Positions 47,991 through 56,376 of a DNA stretch of 64,000 nt are shown piece by piece (the stretch's first letter is position 1; each line of letters opens with the position of its first letter). The position numbers and the translations under genes are program-made. Source of the stretch: Candidatus Bathyarchaeia archaeon (GTDB taxonomy: Bacteria; Patescibacteriota; Microgenomatia; PFEM01; JAFGMK01). The notes under the pieces were generated by a model. It was not told the origin of the DNA and did no database searches. It saw nothing but the letters and a program-made list of their open reading frames with translations. Location: assembly GCA_035529595.1 (NCBI GenBank), contig DATKWK010000023.1, positions 206,961-270,960 of the forward strand, in the 5' to 3' direction.

Positions 47991-48055
47991 CGCGTCTGCC
48001 TGCCCGCAATCGCTACGCTCAAGCGTTGCAGGCGGGCCGATTCCGCCACCCCGGC
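47991..48055 (-). other. 5' fragment of a tRNA-Leu gene (nt 1-19 and the D-stem 3' strand) interrupted by a 38-41-nt GC-rich hairpin insertion after G18G19; no anticodon or T arms
   Basis: The - strand reads GCCGGGGTGGCGGAAT-[cggcccgcctgcaacgcttgagcgtagcgattgcgggcagg]-CAGACGCG, then aa and the ATG of the GIY-YIG ORF. Confidence 0.6.
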
Positions 48056-48103
48056 TTCCGAAAACGTATTTACTTCAGTTTGATTAATTATAGCAAAGGA
48101 AAG

Positions 48104-48652
48104 TTATAAACTTAAGATAGGGTCGGCTGGAGATGACTTGATCTCGTGTACAAAATAGTTGACTTTTTGCGGCCAAGTCAGTGATTCTGCGTATATGCGG
48201 CCGATCTTGGGAATTGTATCGGCGCCTTTGGCGATATAATTTCTTTTCAATGACCGGGTAATATGTTCGATTGATTGTTCCCAGGAAGAAAAATAATATC
48301 TGCCGCTGGCCCAGCCGTAAGCATTGTAGGTTCCCCGAATATAAAAATGACCAAAGCTTGATTCAACTCCGGTGATTGCCGGTAACAGGAAGTCGAGATC
48401 AAGTTGGCTTAATCCATATTTATCGGCAATCCGGATAAAAATAGGCGCATACTCGGCAAGAGGAGAGTGATGTTTTTCCAAGTAGTATTTTAATTTACTA
48501 ATTCTCAGATCTGACTTTTTTACGACTTGCCGGTTTTTGGGAAACGCTGACGCTCCGGCGATAAGAATTTCATCAGCATAAACGGTTTTAGTATCAGTCT
48601 TTAAAAGTAAGCCGATTAAAATAAAGGATAAAAGACAAATCTTTTTTGCCAT
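48104..48652 (-). CDS. Secreted protein with an SLT/glucosaminidase-like domain (putative peptidoglycan hydrolase)
   Basis: Signal peptide, then AITGVESSFG...NAYGWASG...SWEQSIEHI; paralogous to the 48837..49457 gene. Confidence 0.4.
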   Translation of the reverse strand: MAKKICLLSFILIGLLLKTDTKTVYADEILIAGASAFPKNRQVVKKSDLRISKLKYYLEKHHSPLAEYAPIFIRIADKYGLSQLDLDFLLPAITGVESSFGHFYIRGTYNAYGWASGRYYFSSWEQSIEHITRSLKRNYIAKGADTIPKIGRIYAESLTWPQKVNYFVHEIKSSPADPILSL

Positions 48653-48836
48653 AAATAAAAATTAGCCGCTAAATAGCAGCTAATTTTTTATTGTATAAAA
48701 AAATCCTAAAGTAAACCGATTAAGCGTACTTTAGGATCTAGAATTATACTAGCACAGAAAATTAAAAATGTCAAGTATTATTGGGAAAATTTGCTTCTAT
48801 GGACTGTTCTTTAAGAGAGTTGCCGCAGACATTTTG

Positions 48837-49457
48837 TTATTCGACATCACCAAGACGGAGATCTTCCAGAAATTGATTAACTCCCGAAGCCCAAGAACCG
48901 GAAGAGAGAGGAGTATATTTTGCCATAATTTCCTCCGGTGTGTCCAGTCCTTTTTCAACGTATTTTTTCTTGATGCCTCGAGCAACTTTTTCGATGCCTT
49001 CTTCCCAGCTTTCAAAACACAAAGTACCACGGCTATGAATACCATAACCCCAAGCATTATTACAGTCAGGAGGCATTTTCTTACCTAAATTTGATTCCTG
49101 CTGGGCAATGGCGACTAAAAGCCGCCAGTCTAAACCTAATTCATCCGAAACATCAACAATTTTCTTGGCAATTTGTCCGTAAGGTTTCATAGTCGAACCG
49201 TATTTTTTCAAGTATTTTTCGATGATTACCGGTCGGGCATCACCAGTTTCTAGGGAAACAAGGATTTCACCGATTGTTTCAGGGAGTGCGGCATAGACCT
49301 GCGCCGGAACTTTTTTTTCGGATAATTCTTGAAATTGGGCATTTACCAACTGAGGTAAATTTTTAACAAGTGTAGTACGCCGCAAACCGAAGAAACAAAC
49401 ACTTAAATCAACCGTTATTAGGAGAAAGAAGATAAATAAGTAAATCAGTCTTTTCAT
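48837..49457 (-). CDS. Secreted protein with an SLT/glucosaminidase-like domain (putative peptidoglycan hydrolase)
   Basis: Signal peptide, then LLVAIAQQESNLG...NAWGYGI...SWEEGIEKV, a lytic-transglycosylase-like E-S motif. Confidence 0.45.
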   Translation of the reverse strand: MKRLIYLFIFFLLITVDLSVCFFGLRRTTLVKNLPQLVNAQFQELSEKKVPAQVYAALPETIGEILVSLETGDARPVIIEKYLKKYGSTMKPYGQIAKKIVDVSDELGLDWRLLVAIAQQESNLGKKMPPDCNNAWGYGIHSRGTLCFESWEEGIEKVARGIKKKYVEKGLDTPEEIMAKYTPLSSGSWASGVNQFLEDLRLGDVE

Positions 49458-49615
49458 GGGCAGAAACCCTTGAAGAACATATAACCTACCCTGAATATAG
49501 ATACTGGCACAATTTGTTGCGGTTTGTCAAGATGTTTTTTATAAAATTTGATATTTTTCAGTGTTTTAAAAGTAACTTATTTATATTATATTCTTTAACA
49601 GAAGGGAGGTGATAA

Positions 49616-50143
49616 TTGATGAAAAAATCTATACCGTTTATCATAATAATTGTTTTTTTAGGATTTGGCCTGCTGATAGGTAGAAATTTTATCGCTAACA
49701 AGAAACCGAAAGTCACCACGGATATAGCTTCAAAAAGTCAGCCAAGTGAGAATAAAGAGGAATCTTACCCGGGTAAATTGAAAGACATTTTATCCTTAGG
49801 GAAATCAGTGAAATGTACCTGGAAAACGAGCGAGAATAATCAGGGGACAGCTTTTGTCAGGGATAATAAGATCTTTACAGAGGCTCGTCTAGGAGAAAAA
49901 AAAGTATATTCCTTATTACTTGAAGATTGTGTTTATTCTTGGGAGGAAGGCCAAGCCAGCGGAGTGAAATTTTGTAGTGATACAAAACAGAATAATAACC
50001 AAGATATCGTTCCGGATACTTTTTCCTGGGAAGATTCTAATACATCTTATCAGTGCGATTCGGAAATAGTTCCTGAGACAAAATTTAATCCGCCTGAAAA
50101 CATAAATTTCATTAGCCCCCAGGATTTGCTTAAGGGAAATTAA
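49616..50143 (+). CDS. Hypothetical membrane-anchored protein
   Basis: N-terminal TM; 175 aa. Confidence 0.35.
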   Translation: MMKKSIPFIIIIVFLGFGLLIGRNFIANKKPKVTTDIASKSQPSENKEESYPGKLKDILSLGKSVKCTWKTSENNQGTAFVRDNKIFTEARLGEKKVYSLLLEDCVYSWEEGQASGVKFCSDTKQNNNQDIVPDTFSWEDSNTSYQCDSEIVPETKFNPPENINFISPQDLLKGN

Positions 50144-50356
50144 AGATTTAGGTTGAATTATTATCCGTCTTCTTTATCTATTGAAGAAATTAAAGCTTTG
50201 AAAAGAAAAACAAAGCAGAGTTAATTCTTGACGGAGATTCATTTATTCTGGCTTTTGATTATAGAATCAGGTTAAATAATTTAACTATCTCGAATTTTGA
50301 GTTTTTACGGAGCGTCAGAAACTAAAAAAGGCTTGAGGAGCTGGTTATTAACCGAT

Positions 50357-51253
50357 TTAGGAATCTTGGATTCGACTTAAGTTAGTCAGAATTTTCCTAT
50401 ATATCAGCCTGTCGGGAAAATTATCATCATCAGTGAGGTGATAATCAATCGCTCTCTGGATTACAGAGAGAGGTACGGAGAAAAAACGGCCATTTTGACA
50501 AAAAGAATATTGATTAACGCCGATTTTTTTTAACATACCGGTAAAATCAATCATCTGGCCAATTCTATATGAGGCTTTTCCAATCTGATACTGAGGATGC
50601 TCTTCCAGCTTGTAAAAAGAGACATTTTTCCCCGGGAGACGGGAACCGAAAACCATCGTGGCTGCCAAAATACCAAAAGCTTCAACAGAAAAACCGCTAT
50701 CAGTTTGAAGATTTTTAATTAAAATATCGCCTTGTCTTTTTTCAGGCGTTTTCTGCCAACGTCGATATTTTTTCCCCAAACAATGTCTTTGCGACTTGCC
50801 GATTATCAAGTCTCCGTGATGATCAACGGAAAATCCGATTTGAAGTATTCTTGCCGGTTCAGGCAGATACCAACCGATTTCCAGGCATAAAAGTCCTTCG
50901 TCTCCAATCAAGTAAGACGGCTCGGAGTTAATCCGGGTCCAAACAGGCAGGCAGGGACCCGTTCTTGTCCGACTTGCCAGGGTAGCGGTGTTAATAACTG
51001 TTTGAAACTCGTCGATACCACAGCTTTCGAATGGTGAATCCCAGTATAGAGTTCTGCCTAAGGCTTTTCTGGCTTTTCTTGCGAGTGAAAGTAGCTGGCG
51101 CAAATCTTCCTGAGAATAAGGATAACAAGATAAAATATCCCTGTCGTTGTAACTAAATTGTTGCTCTATAGCTGACAGAAAAGACTCATCGTCAGGGTAA
51201 ATTTGATCAGGAACAAAATGGCTACCAGAACGTAATTCAACTGAAGTCATCAT
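50357..51253 (-). CDS. Hypothetical protein
   Basis: 298-aa ORF; no motif recognised. Confidence 0.35.
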   Translation of the reverse strand: MMTSVELRSGSHFVPDQIYPDDESFLSAIEQQFSYNDRDILSCYPYSQEDLRQLLSLARKARKALGRTLYWDSPFESCGIDEFQTVINTATLASRTRTGPCLPVWTRINSEPSYLIGDEGLLCLEIGWYLPEPARILQIGFSVDHHGDLIIGKSQRHCLGKKYRRWQKTPEKRQGDILIKNLQTDSGFSVEAFGILAATMVFGSRLPGKNVSFYKLEEHPQYQIGKASYRIGQMIDFTGMLKKIGVNQYSFCQNGRFFSVPLSVIQRAIDYHLTDDDNFPDRLIYRKILTNLSRIQDS

Positions 51254-51519
51254 CTCCTAAAATAGCAAAAATATAGCTAAATGTCAAACATTATAGGACT
51301 CATTCGTAAATAGTTACGCAGTAATTGAAAATATCAAATCTTTGCTTTAAGTAAATCCTTTATATCGAAGATAAGAAAATGATTTCAGGAGAATGATATA
51401 AGTAATCCATATTTATCTCGTTAGCTTTCAATCATGATTTGATTTACTTGAACTTTAACAATATATGTATGAGATTAACTTTTTTAGGATTAATTTATCA
51501 GAAGAACTCGGAATTACAA

Positions 51520-51594
51520 TGGTGAGCCCGGGAGGACTCGAACCTCCGACCAATTGCTTAAGAGGCAACTGCTCTGCCACTGAGCTACGGGCCC
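51520..51594 (-). tRNA. tRNA-Lys(CTT)
   Basis: GGGCCCGTAGCTCAGTGGCAGAGC..., anticodon loop CTCTTAA, T-loop GGTTCGAGTCC; CCA encoded. Confidence 0.85.
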
Positions 51595-51600
51595 TCTTAG

Positions 51601-51673
51601 TGCGCCCAGAGGGAGTCGAACCCCCAACCTACTGTTCCGAAGACAGCCGCTCTATCCATTGAGCTATGGGCGC
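51601..51673 (-). tRNA. tRNA-Arg(TCG)
   Basis: GCGCCCATAGCTCAATGGATAGAGC..., anticodon loop CTTCGGA, T-loop GGTTCGACTCC. Confidence 0.85.
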
Positions 51674-51748
51674 TTGATAGTCGATGAAATTATAGCATGG
51701 TTGGTTGACTTTGTTCCAGAAAAGCTGATACTGCCTTGAGCGGGCGGA

Positions 51749-54286
51749 TTAACTCTCCGTTTTGAAGCTTCGGTAATAAAGTAATTTCGTAATTTCGGTA
51801 ACGACAAAATAAACCGCCACGACAGCAAAAATTGAGAGCAGGTGACCGGTACGGAGTCTGACAAAATGGAAGATTTCTTGACCGAAAGCTGTAAAAGGCA
51901 AGGATACGGCGATCACAACACTGATGACGGTAATTAGCGTCAGTGCAAAAGAAGCCGGCTTTGCCCGCCAGAAGGCAAGTTTCGTTCGAATCGAATAGAT
52001 AAATACCAGTTCGGTTAACACACTGCCGACAAACCAACCGGTCTGGAAAATAGTCGTTGATATCCGGTACAACAAACTGAAAAGCAGGAAATCAAATACC
52101 GTACTTACCAGGCCTAAAATCGTAGTTATCAGAGCGATTTCTTTAATATAATAGCGAGTCGGTTTTTTCAATTCTTCAGGATCGGCATTATCAGTGGCGA
52201 TAGCGATCATCGGAAAATCGGACAAGAAGTTCAAGAGTAAAATCTGTAACGGCAACATCGGTAAAGTTTTGATTAAGAGGGAAACGACAGCCATGGCGTA
52301 AAAATTACCAAAATTGGAGGCGAGGGTAGCTTTAATATATTTGGTAGTATTGGTAAAAATAGATCTGCCCTCTTGGATACCGTCAATAATTACTTTCAGG
52401 CTTTTTTTAAGCAGTAAAATATCGGCGGCTTCCCGGGAAACATCAACGGCATCATTAACTACCAAAGCGACATTGGCAATCTTTAAGGCCGGTGCGTCAT
52501 TAATCCCCTCACCCAGAAAGCCCACAATATACTTTCTTTGAAGGCGATTAATAATGTCATATTTTTGTTCGGGTGTAACGCGGGAAAAAACCTGGTATTC
52601 TTCGATGATCTCATTCTTTTTCTCGTCGGTAAGTTTTTGATATTCCTCACCGCTGATGACCTCTGCGACCGATTTTACTAAGCCGATCTGCCGGGCAATT
52701 GATCCGGCAACTTCCCTCCGGTCGCCGGTTAAGATTTTGACCTGAATTCCTAATAATTTTGCCTGCTTGACCGCCGCTAAAGTACTTTTCTTAAGCGGAT
52801 CGACAAAAGAAATCAGTCCCAAAAGTGTTAAATCCTTTTCCAGTAGCTCGATTTTGGTATTTTTCAGACTTCGGATTGTTCTTTTGGCAATTGCCAGCAC
52901 CCGGAGGCTCCGGGTGCCTTCATCGATCAGCCATTTATATAAATCGTTCTTTCGTTTAACGGTTAATCCCGGACAGAGCCCAATTATCGTTTCCGGAGCG
53001 CCCCGAACGATTAATTCTCTTTGGTTACCTTTCTTGATCAGGATGCTGTCACGTCGGCGTTTGGCATTGAAGATAATCTCCTTGAGTTTCTTATACTCTT
53101 TATATTGCTCTTGTTCTTCCGGAGATATTTTTTTCCACAAGGCCCGGTCAAAGGTATTCGTCGGAGCTTTCAGTTTTTGGCAGAACTTGGTGGCGGCTAA
53201 ACCGGCGTAAAAAAATAAGTTTTTTTTATCTTGCGTGTAAAAATTGGCCACTTCCATTCGGTTTTCAGTAATCGTGCCGGTTTTGTCGGTGCAAAGGATT
53301 TCGATACTGCCCAGATCCTCAATTGCGGAAAGGCGTTTAACAGCCACTTTATTCCGGGCAAGTCTTAATGCTCCCCGAGATAACGAAAAAGTGATCACTA
53401 CCGGCAATGCTTCAGGAATCACACTGACGGCCAAAGCAATGGAAAATATCACCAGTTGAGGGAAATTGACTGCGCTTCCCTTAATAACGATATTGGCTAA
53501 AAAAACAAACGACAGAGTAACCAGAATTAAGCGAAGGATAAATTTGCTGAAAACGGCAATTTCCTTTTCAAAAGCGCTGATGCGGATCGTCTCACCGGTA
53601 AGACGGCTGATTTTCCCTAAGACGCTCCATTTTCCGGTAGCAATCACCAAGCCGAGAGCCCGGCCGCCATCAACCGTGGTATTGGAAAAACCTAAATTTA
53701 AAGCCTCAAAAGGCTGTTTGGCTATCTTTTCCAGCGGTTGGCTTGTTTTTACAACCGGTGTTGACTCGCCGGTTAAAGTCGATTCATCAACCAGCAGATC
53801 ATCTGCCTTGAGGAAACGAACATCCGCAGTAATGGCATCACCGGCCGTCAGCGGAACCAAATCACCGGGAACCAGGTTATTGGTAGGGACGGCCTGGATC
53901 AATCCTTCACGAAGCACTTTAACTTGGGGAACGATGTACTGTTTAAGTAATTGGAGAGTTTTTTCTGAGTGATATTCCTGAATAAAACCCAGGAAGGTAT
54001 TGATGAAAACAAACATCAAAATCATGAGGCCGTCCAAATATTGGCCCAGTAATAAAGCCAGGATGGCGGCGAAAACAAGCAGAGAGATAAAAGGAGATTT
54101 AACTTGACGCCAAAGAATATGGGTCCAAACAACTACTGACGAGGCGATTTCATTGGGACCGTATTTTTTTTGACGGGCTTGGGCTTCAGTCGAAGACAGG
54201 CCGTTTTCTTCTGAAACTTGAAGTTTCTTTAAAAGTTGCTCCTTGGTTTTAATCGTAGATTCGTAAAGATCAATCATTTTAGTCAT
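51749..54286 (-). CDS. Cation-transporting P-type ATPase (P2/P3-type, Mg2+/Ca2+-like)
   Basis: CTDKTGTITENRM phosphorylation site, TGES actuator motif, GDRREVAGSIA, GEGINDAPALK hinge and 10 predicted TM helices. Confidence 0.9.
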   Translation of the reverse strand: MTKMIDLYESTIKTKEQLLKKLQVSEENGLSSTEAQARQKKYGPNEIASSVVVWTHILWRQVKSPFISLLVFAAILALLLGQYLDGLMILMFVFINTFLGFIQEYHSEKTLQLLKQYIVPQVKVLREGLIQAVPTNNLVPGDLVPLTAGDAITADVRFLKADDLLVDESTLTGESTPVVKTSQPLEKIAKQPFEALNLGFSNTTVDGGRALGLVIATGKWSVLGKISRLTGETIRISAFEKEIAVFSKFILRLILVTLSFVFLANIVIKGSAVNFPQLVIFSIALAVSVIPEALPVVITFSLSRGALRLARNKVAVKRLSAIEDLGSIEILCTDKTGTITENRMEVANFYTQDKKNLFFYAGLAATKFCQKLKAPTNTFDRALWKKISPEEQEQYKEYKKLKEIIFNAKRRRDSILIKKGNQRELIVRGAPETIIGLCPGLTVKRKNDLYKWLIDEGTRSLRVLAIAKRTIRSLKNTKIELLEKDLTLLGLISFVDPLKKSTLAAVKQAKLLGIQVKILTGDRREVAGSIARQIGLVKSVAEVISGEEYQKLTDEKKNEIIEEYQVFSRVTPEQKYDIINRLQRKYIVGFLGEGINDAPALKIANVALVVNDAVDVSREAADILLLKKSLKVIIDGIQEGRSIFTNTTKYIKATLASNFGNFYAMAVVSLLIKTLPMLPLQILLLNFLSDFPMIAIATDNADPEELKKPTRYYIKEIALITTILGLVSTVFDFLLFSLLYRISTTIFQTGWFVGSVLTELVFIYSIRTKLAFWRAKPASFALTLITVISVVIAVSLPFTAFGQEIFHFVRLRTGHLLSIFAVVAVYFVVTEITKLLYYRSFKTES

Positions 54287-54438
54287 ATTTTATGACCGCG
54301 GATTAAAAATTCTATCTTTTAGCCATTTATATAAGATTTTAACATATATAGTTACCTGTTCAATGCCTGTCTTTTAGCAGCTACAAAACTAAAATTAGCT
54401 AAATAATTATTTTTTAATGTGTGATTAATAAGTATAAA

Positions 54439-55647
54439 TTAGTTTGACCTGGCATGAGTTAATTTTTCAATCATAGTAAGAGACTTTTTCCGGTAAGAAA
54501 AGCCGAAGAGAATCATCAGCATAATAAAAAAAATATTAACCAAAAATACCGTGCGGAGAGAAGCTAAATCAGCGATCAAACCGAAAAAAACTGGCGAAAA
54601 GGCGTCGGCAATCGCATCAGTAGTTTCACTAAGTCCGAAAATAATATTATATGAAGTAGATGATACAGATTCTCCGAGCATAGTCTTAATTACCGGTGAA
54701 GTACCTTTAGAAAATATCCCTAAAAGGAAAGAAATAATATATAAGATTAAAGATATTTTGCTGAAACCAATAAGAAACGAAAAAATAATCATTCCGATTT
54801 CAGCGGTTAATAAAGAAGAGAAACTGCCTCTTTTATCAGCCAGGATCCCCAGTAAATTTTTTCCAAGCAGACTGCCGGCAAAATAAGCAGATAAGGCGAT
54901 ACCAATTGCTTCTTGTTTTCCCGTGATCGAGAGGGCTAAGAAGGGTAAGAAAATATTAATCGGCTCTTGAGTGAAGCAATCAAGTGCACTTAAGATTACG
55001 GCATAGACAAAAGCCGCTTTTCTTTTAATTAAGGCAAGGTTAACTTTTCTGATAAAATCTCTCATTGATTCTACTTTAGTTTCAATAAAGGAAGCTTTTT
55101 TCTTGGATCCGGCGCCATAACTGGTAAACAAGGCTAAGATTCCCAGTCCCCCCAGAATGCAGGTAGTCGGTTGCCAGCCAATTTTGGTCAACAAAAAAGT
55201 TGCCAGAGCCGGAATTACAATTTTGCCTAAATCTCCAGCAGAAGTCATTAACCCTAAGTTTTTCCCGAGTTGATTACGGGGTGAACTTTTGGCTACAAAA
55301 GCTGATCCAATCGGATGGAAGGCGGAAAACCCGACACCTGCCAGAGAATAAATAATTATGGCGATCGGGTACCAAAGTGATGTTCGTAAAGCAAGAATCG
55401 CAATAGAATAACAGATTAAGCCCGCCCGAAGCACAATTAAGTCACCTTTTTTTCGGGCTACCATCGAAGCAGGCAAAGTAGTCAAGGCTTGAATACCAAC
55501 TAAACAACTGCCTAAAAATCCGGCCTGGGTGTAAGTTAAATTTAAAGTTTTAGCAAGATACGGGATTAGAGCAATGATGGCAATTCGAAAGCCGTCATTT
55601 AAGACATGAAAAAAACTGATAATGAAAATTGGGGAATGAAGGAACAT
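54439..55647 (-). CDS. MFS transporter
   Basis: 12-TM pattern with the conserved G-x-x-x-D/R-x-G-R-K/R-like loop MVARKKGD between TM2 and TM3. Confidence 0.7.
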   Translation of the reverse strand: MFLHSPIFIISFFHVLNDGFRIAIIALIPYLAKTLNLTYTQAGFLGSCLVGIQALTTLPASMVARKKGDLIVLRAGLICYSIAILALRTSLWYPIAIIIYSLAGVGFSAFHPIGSAFVAKSSPRNQLGKNLGLMTSAGDLGKIVIPALATFLLTKIGWQPTTCILGGLGILALFTSYGAGSKKKASFIETKVESMRDFIRKVNLALIKRKAAFVYAVILSALDCFTQEPINIFLPFLALSITGKQEAIGIALSAYFAGSLLGKNLLGILADKRGSFSSLLTAEIGMIIFSFLIGFSKISLILYIISFLLGIFSKGTSPVIKTMLGESVSSTSYNIIFGLSETTDAIADAFSPVFFGLIADLASLRTVFLVNIFFIMLMILFGFSYRKKSLTMIEKLTHARSN

Positions 55648-55670
55648 TTTTAGCTAAAATTAATCTTGAT

Positions 55671-55868
55671 TTATTGCTCTTCCTCTTGGCTCTTTTGCTC
55701 CTCCAGTTTGGCTTCCTCAAGCAGGGCGTAATAAGCGTCCCAGAGTTCCTTGGCCACCCGGTGATAGCCCTTCCTCTCGGCTTGATTGGCTTGCCATTTT
55801 ATATCTTCGGCCAGTTTACGGTCGTAATAGGCATCGGTTGCCGGATCATCATAATTTGCCATCTTCAC
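55671..55868 (-). CDS. Small acidic hypothetical protein
   Basis: 65-aa ORF; no motif recognised. Confidence 0.3.
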   Translation of the reverse strand: MKMANYDDPATDAYYDRKLAEDIKWQANQAERKGYHRVAKELWDAYYALLEEAKLEEQKSQEEEQ

Positions 55869-55951
55869 CTCCTCTAAAGCTCATTTTATCAGAAATTTAG
55901 ACGTTTGGGGATATCTCCGAAGCTACAGCTTATAAAAGCATAAATTCTCTT

Positions 55952-56112
55952 GGGGTGAGCGACGGGAATCGAACCCGCAACATCTCCGGTAGGGAGGGGT
56001 GAGTGAGGGGAATCGCACCCCCGACCTCCTGTTCCACAGACAGGCGCTCTAACTACTGAGCTACACCCACCCCACCTCATCGGAGTGTTCTACCATTAAA
56101 CTACGCTCACCA
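55952..56112 (-). other. Outer tRNA-like gene (G-1, acceptor GTGAGCG/CGCTCAC, Gly-like D arm, canonical T arm, C73 and encoded CCA) whose anticodon region contains the tRNA-His gene
   Basis: 5' half g-GTGAGCG TA GTTT AATGGTA GAAC A CTCCG ATGAGGTGGG[tRNA-His]; 3' half CCTCCCTAC CGGAG ATGTT GCGGG TTCGATT CCCGT CGCTCAC C CCA. Confidence 0.45.
55998..56071 (-). tRNA. tRNA-His(GTG) with an encoded G-1 and an atypical T-loop (TGCGATT)
   Basis: g-GTGGGTG TA GCTC AGTAGTTA GAGC G CCTGT CTGTGGA ACAGG AGGTC GGGGG TGCGATT CCCCT CACTCAC C. Nested inside a second tRNA-like gene. Confidence 0.7.
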
Positions 56113-56144
56113 AATCTTGGATTTGTAAATTGTTAAGCAATTAG

Positions 56145-56217
56145 TGCGCCCAGGAGGAATCGAACCTCCAGTCTACTGCTTAGAAGGCAGTTGCTTTGTC
56201 CGTTAAGCTATGGGCGC
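56145..56217 (-). tRNA. tRNA-Arg(TCT)
   Basis: GCGCCCATAGCTTAACGGACAAAGC..., anticodon loop CTTCTAA, T-loop GGTTCGATTCC. Confidence 0.85.
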
Positions 56218-56222
56218 AACTT

Positions 56223-56296
56223 TGGAGCGGGATACGGGAGTTGAACCCGTCTTTCCACCTTGGAAGGGTAGCGTTGGGCCGCTCAACTAATCCCGC
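56223..56296 (-). tRNA. tRNA-Gly(TCC)
   Basis: GCGGGATTAGTTGAGCGGCCCAAC..., anticodon loop CTTCCAA, T-loop GGGTTCAACTCCCGT; CCA encoded. Confidence 0.85.
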
Positions 56297-56376
56297 ACTA
56301 TAGACATTAAAAATATTATTGTCTGGTTAATTTTACAAAAAACGAAGCGTAAAAACAATTGGCACGGCTACGTGGC

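Noticed and set aside
51465-51662. 65-aa + strand ORF
   Set aside because: It lies entirely antisense to tRNA-Lys and tRNA-Arg genes.
51664-52037. ORFs 51664..51864 and 51690..52037 (- strand)
   Set aside because: Alternative frames overlapping the 3' end of the P-type ATPase gene; the ATPase frame is the conserved one.
55889-56080. 63-aa - strand ORF
   Set aside because: It overlaps the tRNA-His / outer tRNA sequence; the Gly/Cys/Pro-rich translation is an artefact of tRNA GC content.
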